Origin: the human T2T-CHM13v2.0 reference genome, Homo sapiens
Length of the DNA: 64,000 nt
Assembly (NCBI RefSeq): GCF_009914755.1
Contig: NC_060937.1
Direction: 5' to 3' (one strand)
Shown: positions 55,733 through 64,000 of the stretch, piece by piece
Layout: every line of letters starts with the position of its first letter
How positions within the stretch are numbered: the first letter of the stretch is position 1
Made by a program: the position numbers and the translations under genes
Notes under the pieces: generated by a model
Databases searched by the model: none
What the model saw: only the letters and a program-made list of their open reading frames with translations
What the model was told of the DNA's origin: nothing

Positions 55733-57944
55733 GAAAGTTATGCTTTCCTTCTAAGCACAGTTTAGCTGTATATTGCAAATTTAAATATTCAGTATTTTCA
55801 TTGTTATTTCAATTAGAAGTACATTTCTTAATTTCCAGACATTTGGATAATTTCTAATTATCTTCTTATATTTGACTCGAATTTAATTTCACATAAAAAT
55901 AAAGTACCATTTAGCTTTTTGGAAATTTGGTGAGACCTATTTTAAAGTTCAACATTTAAATCAAGTTAGATCTGGACTCAGATTTTACCACCAGCGTTTG
56001 TGCGTGATCTTAATCCAATTTTAATTTATCACTCATTTTTCCAATTTAGAAAGCACATATAACATAATATGCAAAATTGCTAAGAAATTAACAAATAAAA
56101 TGTCAGTTTTCAGACACATAATAGTTTCTCAATAAATTGAAGCTTTTTAAAAATTCCTTTCTTTACTGACTTAATTTAGATTTCCATTGCTCTATAATTC
56201 TATCTTGATCATCCTCTTGGGCTCCAGATTTCCCTCGAGTTTTGCAAGGCTTACCTATCATCGTTCTCTTCAGTTAATTGCTCTGGAGGCTTTTCTTAAT
56301 CAGCAAAGCTAAAGTAGCCATTTGTATACAATGATTATCCTTTTACTTAGTCTTTATTTATATTTGTCATATCACTTAACCTTCTATGAAATTATCTTTG
56401 TTTGTAAATGTTCTTATTTCTATTTCTCTCTATGCAATATGAGTCTTATATAGCTTTTCATTTAAACCTAGTGTCTAGAACAGATCATGGCATAGAGTGC
56501 ATTCAATATATAGGTAGGTTGAATGCATTAAATTCTGATTTAAAACTACAACTAAAGAGCATAAAAGGATCGAAAGAATGTGAAGTTTTCTAATTCTATA
56601 TAAAATTCTTTAACAGCTCAATTATGTCTTCATGCCAGTCTGAAAACTTGTCTTATGTTTTTTATAAAAAGGTCTTCTCCTTGAGATGAGAACCCATTTA
56701 TTAGGCATTTTGATTCATTTAGGACCTATAAATAAATAAATTTAGGACCTAAAATAAATAAATTAATAAGCAACTCTACCCTATTAACTACAAAAAAATG
56801 TCTGACAACAGCAAAACAGTTAAGAAATATCTTGAAACTGTTAGAGCTATGTTTGTGCAGGGATAAATCTAGAAAAGCAATCAACCGTAGTAGATATGAG
56901 TTTATGCTTTGGAGTTAAAGGCAATTCCAGCTGGGCCTCTGCAACGGAGGCACTTTATGCCCAACTCACATGCCTGGGAACTTGCTGTCTGCTTCGGTTT
57001 GCATCCAGCTGTCAGGGTCTGCATGTGTATATCTGATGGCTCTTTTTGCCCACTCTTCTTCATGTATGAAAGGTAATACTCCCCACATGTGATTGGCCCA
57101 GGAATTAAAATTCACAAAAGATTACCTCAACTATTGACTTGGTCATTGCTCTAAAATTAATTCAACGTCCTTGTCTCCCAGCTGTGATAATTCCTAGGTG
57201 TGGCATTCACAATTCTCAGATTTTCCCCATGATATTAAACTTCAGTGGCCCACAGAGTTAGACGTCTTATAGTGAATGCTTTACTGACTGAATTTGCTTT
57301 TCTCTGTCACTTTCTTACTCTACTACTAAGATTACCTGCATTTCTTAAGTAAATTGCTTGTGCTGAAACTTTAATTTTAGGCCCTTCCACTTACAAACTG
57401 TAATTTTGGATAAAGAAATTATCTCATATTGCCCTTGTTTGCTCATCCGTAATATGTATGTACAAATTCACCCATATTACCATTTTGCTGTAAGGTGTAA
57501 ATGAGTTAAGATGTATAAAACACTTAGGAGAGAGCCTGGCATATATTAAGTATTCAATAAATGTTATTAGTCTTTTTATTGTCTGACTTGACTTTGACTA
57601 GTGCCAAGTGCTTTGTACAGGTTCTCTATGAAATTTTTACAGCCACCTTATACTGATACTTAAAGAGGTAAAGTAACTTGCCTGGAGTTACAGAGAGGAC
57701 TTGAAAATGAGAGCAGAGCCCATGTGACCTCAGATCGAGTACAAATTCTTAAACAATTTCATTGTTACTTTAAATTTTATCTTTAAGTTTGATAAAGTAT
57801 TTGGTTGACAATAGATATCTGATGAGTAGACATGTAAAGAAAGTACATATCTCATTAAGTTTATAAAAATTAGTGTTTAAACTTTAGTATGCATAAAATT
57901 CACTTGGGTGGACTTTCAAAATCAAATTTGTAGTCCCTTTGATT

Positions 57945-58240
57945 TTATTTATTTATTTTTAGAGACAGTGTCATGTTCTGTTGTTGTAGTATAGAGTGCA
58001 ATCCTACCTCACTGCAACCTCAAGTTCCCGTGCTCAAGCGATCCTCCTGTGTCAGCCTCTTGAGTAGCTAGGACTACAAGTGCACACCACCACTCCTGAC
58101 TAATTTTATTTTATTTTATGGTAGAGATGGGGTCTCACTATACTGCCCAGCCTGGTGTTGAGCTCCTGACCTCAAGTGATCCTCCCACCTTGGACTCTCA
58201 AAGCCTGAGGATTACAGGTGTGAGCCACTGGGCCCTGCCC
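57945..58240 (-). mobile_element. Alu (AluJ-like), inside a probable MER5A remnant
   Basis: Reverse Alu with CTCAAGCGATCCTCCTG; TSD CTTTTGATTTTA / CCTTTGATTTTA. Confidence 0.9.
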
Positions 58241-59504
58241 CTTTGATTTTAAAACCAAATTTTACACTTACAGCTCAACTGCGATTCAACTGGTATGAGA
58301 TGATATTCCCGTTTTTACAAGCACTTTGATTCTTAATCTAGTGCTACACAAAACACATTAGGGAATGCACTGATAATAAAAACATAGATATTTTCAGATC
58401 CTGATCCTGGGGTTACATTAAAGGTCTAAAAAACCATTAAAAATTTGTCTCTTGGAACAGATTTTGTATAATGAGGCCACATTAGAATGAGACGTTAAGA
58501 CAGTTTTTAAGCTGTTTTTTTTCTTTTTTTTTTTTTAATACACTGGGATCAAGTGGATCTTTTGCAAAAGAAAGGTTGGTTTTACTCACATTGGATCACT
58601 ATGCCCTATAGTTTTCTTCCCCCCAAAAATTACAAAATAAAATCACTTTTTAAGATTTTTCTTACAGTTACCACATAGAATCAGTGGGAGGTCCAGTCAC
58701 TGCACTTCAAGAATAGGAAGAAATAGCATTGACAGTATGAGATGTTTGGACTTTGTGTATTCTGTTCTGTGTACAATTCCAAAATCAAAGTGTAGTCATA
58801 ATTTTTAGACTTCTTTGAAATGCATACTTGTTGCCTCTGTTCCAGAGTTTTCTAGCAAAAGAATGTTTATTAGAAGATGTTTCAACTCTCAGATTCTTTG
58901 ATCATCCTTCCTAGCTGGGAAGTGTCTCTGGATTTTCTGGTAGAGTCACCCACTTGCTTCCTTTCGCTGGTAAATAAATGAGAAGCTGCAAGAACTTCTG
59001 TTTCCCTTCTATATCCATAGGGAATTTGTTTCTCTTAAATGAAAACAGCAAATGGCTACATGATTCAAATTGTAACTTTGTACCAAGCCATCATTTCAAA
59101 ATCCTCAACACTAAAAAAATGTATAATGCAAGAAAACATGAAAAGCAATTAATGTAGTGAGGCTATTTTGTGTTTTTCCACCAAATCAACAAATAAATTT
59201 TAAGCCCATTCCTGTTCTTTTTTTTCCACTTTCTCTTGCAGTTGGCAGCTAGAGTGTTTAAGTCAAACAATAACTGGATTATGAATGTCTGCCAATTGCT
59301 TTCATTTTTTTGCTAACAAACACAATTTTTAGATTCCTGGCTGAGTCAATAAGTTCCTATACTGAATGGAAAAATTAACCCATGCAGATTAAACTGAAAA
59401 ACAACAACACAGTTTGGTAGTACTAGGAGATTTCTGAATTATTTTGTACTTTCATGTAAGGGAGTGAGACTTATCATTGAAAAATACTGAACATTAGAAA
59501 TGTG

Positions 59505-59855
59505 TGTCTTAGTCCTTTTTGGCTGCTATATCAAAATACTATGCACTGGGTGGCTTATAAACACAGAGATTTATTTCTCACAGTTCAGGAGGTTGGAAAG
59601 TCTAAGGTCAAGGTACTGGCAAATTCAGTGTCAGGTGAGAGCCCACTCTCTGATTTATAAGTGCTACCTTCTAGCTGTGCCCTTATATAGTTAAAGGGAC
59701 TAACTTGCTCTCTTTTATAAAGGCACTAATCCCTTTGTGAGGACTCTGCTTTTGTGAACCAATCGTCTGCCAAAGACTCCACCCCCCAATGCCATCACCT
59801 GTGGAGTTACAATTTTAACATGAATTTGTGGGGTACAGATATTTACATCACAGCA
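59505..59855 (-). mobile_element. MaLR LTR (MSTC/MSTD-like)
   Basis: TGTCTTAGTCC..GGCTGCTATA start, CATGAATTTGTGGGGTACA..CACAGCA end. Confidence 0.8.
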
Positions 59856-61096
59856 CTATGTAGTCAATATACATTGCATTTATTATTTATTAATTTATTA
59901 ATAATCATGTATTAGTTTTTGCATATCTTCCTATTCGCATTTGCTGATAATCTGTATTTTGACAAAAAATTATTTGCAGAACAGAGTACAGTAACCTGAC
60001 GTTTTTCCCCTTCTTGCTTGTGTACACAGTAAATTTACTAAAAAAAAAAATAAGTTAATGAATAATATTTAGGCCATCTGCTACTTTCTGAATCACATTA
60101 AACTCAACTTTTACTCTAATGCTGGCATAAGGAACAAGGAATTGTGAGATAATTTTATAATTAGGTTCATTTTGCATTGTCAGTAACTAAACTTTTACTA
60201 ACAGTACAATAAAGAATTATCTTAAGCAGAATTGTTTTCTATAGAAAAAAATGTCATAGGCAATCTTTACTATTATTTTTATGACCAACACAGATTTTTA
60301 TGTGCACTTATAATTCAATTCCATTAATTAAACTCTGTATAAAAATGATAAGAACATCTTATAGACAAAAGAGCACTGACCCACTTTTTGGAACAATAGT
60401 TTCTCAAATGTCCCTGTAGATTTCATGAAGTTTACTCAGAACTGGATAATGATAAAAATGCAGGATGAAAAGAACTTAAAGATAGTACTATTGGGATTTG
60501 AGATAAAAGAACTAATTTAAACTGACAACGTAGTGAGCATTTTACCATGGGCATGATGATGACAACTAGATCTGATTTTTTTGTTTGTTGCAATTCCAAA
60601 TTGCTATTCATTAATATTTGATTGAATAGAGAGATGGAATGAGAGTAAATGGTATAAGAAAGATAAATATCAAATATTGACAGTGTTTACAATGGGAAAG
60701 GCATTGTCCTTAATACTAGGAGGAATAGAAAGATAAATGATCTTGGATAGCTAATTCAAAGAGCTCTTTCCAATCAGAGTTTCCTATTATAACCTGAAAC
60801 TGGGCCATTAGGAATATAAGGAGGCACAGGAATATAAGGAGGCACACATATTTTTACTGGTATCCTATAACTGGGGTATTAACTGTGTGCTCTTTAATAA
60901 GTAATTGTCTTCACTTAGTCTGAAAGCAAGGTCCAAATCTAGAATTCTAAATAGCAATATACACAGTTATGCCAATTGACACGTGTTGACACGGAAATAA
61001 ATATTCTTAATCATCTCTAGAAGAAAGAACACCAGATTTTCTCATGTTTTCTAGCCATATATAACTTGAAGAAATATGGGCAAGAGACTCTTATGT

Positions 61097-61240
61097 TATA
61101 TATATATATAAAACTTATATATAAAAAACATATATATATAACATACGTATATATAACATATATATAACATACATATATATAATATATATAACATATATAA
61201 CATATAACATATATAACATATATATAAAATATATATATAT
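61097..61240. repeat. (TA)n/(TATAACA)n compound microsatellite
   Basis: Direct inspection. Confidence 0.92.
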
Positions 61241-62449
61241 TTTATTGACTGGAACCCTGAACAGTTTTTGAGTATTTAGCTACGGTGCCACAAATTCCTC
61301 CAGCAATTTAATGATAAGCAAAGCAATGAAATACACAGGTTTTGATGTGTCAGACTCTTGGTACTGCTAACATGTGGATAAAAGTGACATCATTTTCACC
61401 TTAGAGAAAAATATGTAGGTTTTTGTTAGAGGGAAAAAAAAGATCTCCTTTTGCATATTTTAAAAGGAATATTTTCTTCTCTTTTTTCTTTTTCTTCTTA
61501 CTACTCCTCACCCCTCTCTTCTTACTTATTCACATATTTATCAGAATTTCCTTTAGTACCACAATTTACATGAAATACACCTAGTAGTTCATCTACAATA
61601 CTTTTCTACTATTTTGAATCCTGTTCTAAATTTGGAGATAATAAGAATTGTAGGATAGTAACTTGATCCTTTGTATAAGAAATGAGTTTTACAGACAAAA
61701 AAACACTTAAAGGTAAACGAAAAATTACCATTATGATATTTGGTGCAATGAAAACATCCTTTCTCTGATCCAAATATAGATAAACATAAAGGGTATGTGT
61801 TAGGAATTTACAGACATTAATAATGATAATGCTAAGCAAAAGCAATCACGATGGACTTCATAAAGAGGAAAGCAATAACCTTAAGTTGAGGGTCTACAGA
61901 GGGCTGAATAGAAAGTAAGAACCTATGGAAAGTAAGAACCAATGCTTTAATGCCTGCTTTGGATTGAGAGCTCAACATATCCTGTAAATAAAACCAGGAT
62001 CTGTACATTAAGCTGGGTGGGTATTGATTTCTGAAACTGTGGGTTAGGACCAAGTAGCTACTCCCACTGTTCCTGTTCCAAGCTTACATCTGGAAAGATT
62101 TTAGATTTTACTCATTAGTGAAAGAAGTAGAAATGGGGGTAAACACAGAACATCTGCCTGACAAGAAACTGCATTTTTCACCTTATAAGCAGTATTACAT
62201 CTGTGTGCAGCTGAAGAGACCCAAAGGAGTGAAGTCACAGATACGAAACGGAGAGCTTATGCAACCCATAGAGCTGGTCTGTTCGGGAAAAAGCATCAAA
62301 ATGAGTTCACAAAATATTTTCAGATGCAAGAAGAAGCCCAGTGCCATGCTTGAGTTAAGGTTGATATGATTAGCAACAGGTTCAACAAATGAACAAATTT
62401 ATGCTTGATTAAATTAGATTAGTTGTGCATCCTGAAAAAAATTATGTAA

Positions 62450-63620
62450 AAGTTTCTTTTAAATATCCATAGTTTAAGCAGGGCAGAAAGGTAATATAGA
62501 TGAAATAAGTACAGACATACAGAAAACATGACCATTTAAAAAAATAAAACTATAGTCATTGGAAAAATTATAGGAACTCTTAAAACTGCCCACAGTTGAA
62601 GTTAGAACTTGCAAAGTAGACAATATAATTGAAGAAATGTTTCAAAATGAATCACGTAAGGTAAAGACATCAAAAGAATGAACTAGTTGCAAGATGTAAG
62701 AGATCATCAGGAGCTTACAAAGCAAAGCAGCATCAAGGAGATCACAAAACAGTGAACAGTGACTCACTGAGCAGGTGAAGTGTCAGAAAACAATTTGGAT
62801 TTAGAGAAAGATATAAATCCTCATATCTGAAAACTGGATGTATACTGAGAAAGATGCATTTTTAAGCTTGTACACACTGAGTCCAGGAAAAAGAGAGGGC
62901 AAAGGGGAAAGACATTAGAGTGAAGAGTGAGACCAGCCACAACAGAATGGCAATGAGATTAGCTTAGTTTTCTTATCTGAGCAAAATACACGGAAGTAAT
63001 GTCTTTAATATTCTAAGCCAAAATAGTCAAACCAATAATTCTATGATGTTATATTTTTCTTCATAAGTGAGACTGAAATAAAAACATTTTAGTCTTACAT
63101 TGCAAAAAACTTTTACTGCTCATAGATCCACTATTATTAAAGTTCATAAACCAATATAAACAATAGATGGACTAAGATTGGGAAAGAAAGACAGGTGCAA
63201 AAATCAAGAATAGGCACAGAAATTATTCCAACAGTTATATGATCTAGGTAATAATTATGAGATTGTAACAAAATATTTAAAAATATTATGTTAACAAAAT
63301 ACTAAAGCTCGAAACAGAAGTTGAGGAATTGTGATTCAGCAGGAAGTTAAAGTTGTTAGAAAATCTAAAGATAATACATATATTAATAATAAAATGGCAA
63401 TCATTAAAAAAGTAAATTTAGAATAGATACTTTTCCAAAAGGTTGTGAAATAATAGAAATAAAAACACCAGATAAATCTATCAAAATCGGAAAAGAAGAA
63501 CAAAAGTAGAGAAAATATAAAACCAAAAAGATAAATCTGTATTCCTCAGTTATCAAATTAATAGAAATAAACTACTATACACTGCAATTTAAAATCAGAG
63601 ATTCTCAGATTGAGTTTTTT
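62450..63620 (+). mobile_element. Very old L1/HAL1-like ORF1-region remnant
   Basis: A-rich, with L1 ORF1-like motifs (AATGTCTTTAATATTCT, AAATAAAAACATTTT, CAGAGATTCTCAGATTG). Confidence 0.45.
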
Positions 63621-64000
63621 TTTAAATTCAGGTAGATGTTCTTTATAATTAATTACTGAGTTAGCCAATATAATAACTTGGTTAAAACTGAAAGTTGGCA
63701 CTGAAAACTACCTGTTGGAATATTGTTAGACTGGTGAGCTATATGAGAAGACAGGAATTGTCAAACTTTGCCTTGGGTCTCCTACATAACTTTCAGGGGC
63801 CTACTTTCTGGTCCTGTGTTTATTCCATATTTTGAAGTCAATGATTGTCAGGTTGTTGTTCATATGGCTACTTTCTCGCCTCTGTTTGGTAGAAAAAAAC
63901 AAGACACTGCAAATGACTGTTCACTATGATGGCCTCTCTTTGTTAGGAGATGTCTATGTTAAATCTGTAGTTTCCTTTTAGAATTACTTTACTCATATAA

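Overview
AT-rich, gene-poor primate (human-like) genomic DNA dominated by interspersed repeats (Alu, L1, L2, MIR, MaLR/ERVL LTRs, Tigger/MER DNA transposons). I find no intact protein-coding gene. The main feature is a ~6.1 kb intronless, heavily disabled processed pseudogene of the DNA 5mC dioxygenase TET1 on the minus strand (~45481-51580; probably TET1P1). Compared with the canonical 2136-aa TET1 protein as I recall it, this retrocopy looks like a fossil of an unusual TET1 mRNA isoform. It contains an extra in-frame 87-nt segment in the catalytic region. It lacks ~158 codons from inside the large central exon, with a junction that fits GT..AG exitron splicing. It ends at a proximal AATAAA only ~220 nt after the stop. 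Next to it is an L1PA3-like element with a twin-priming 5' inversion and an intact TSD. Parent-gene comparisons and repeat subfamily names come from memory, not from alignments or database searches.
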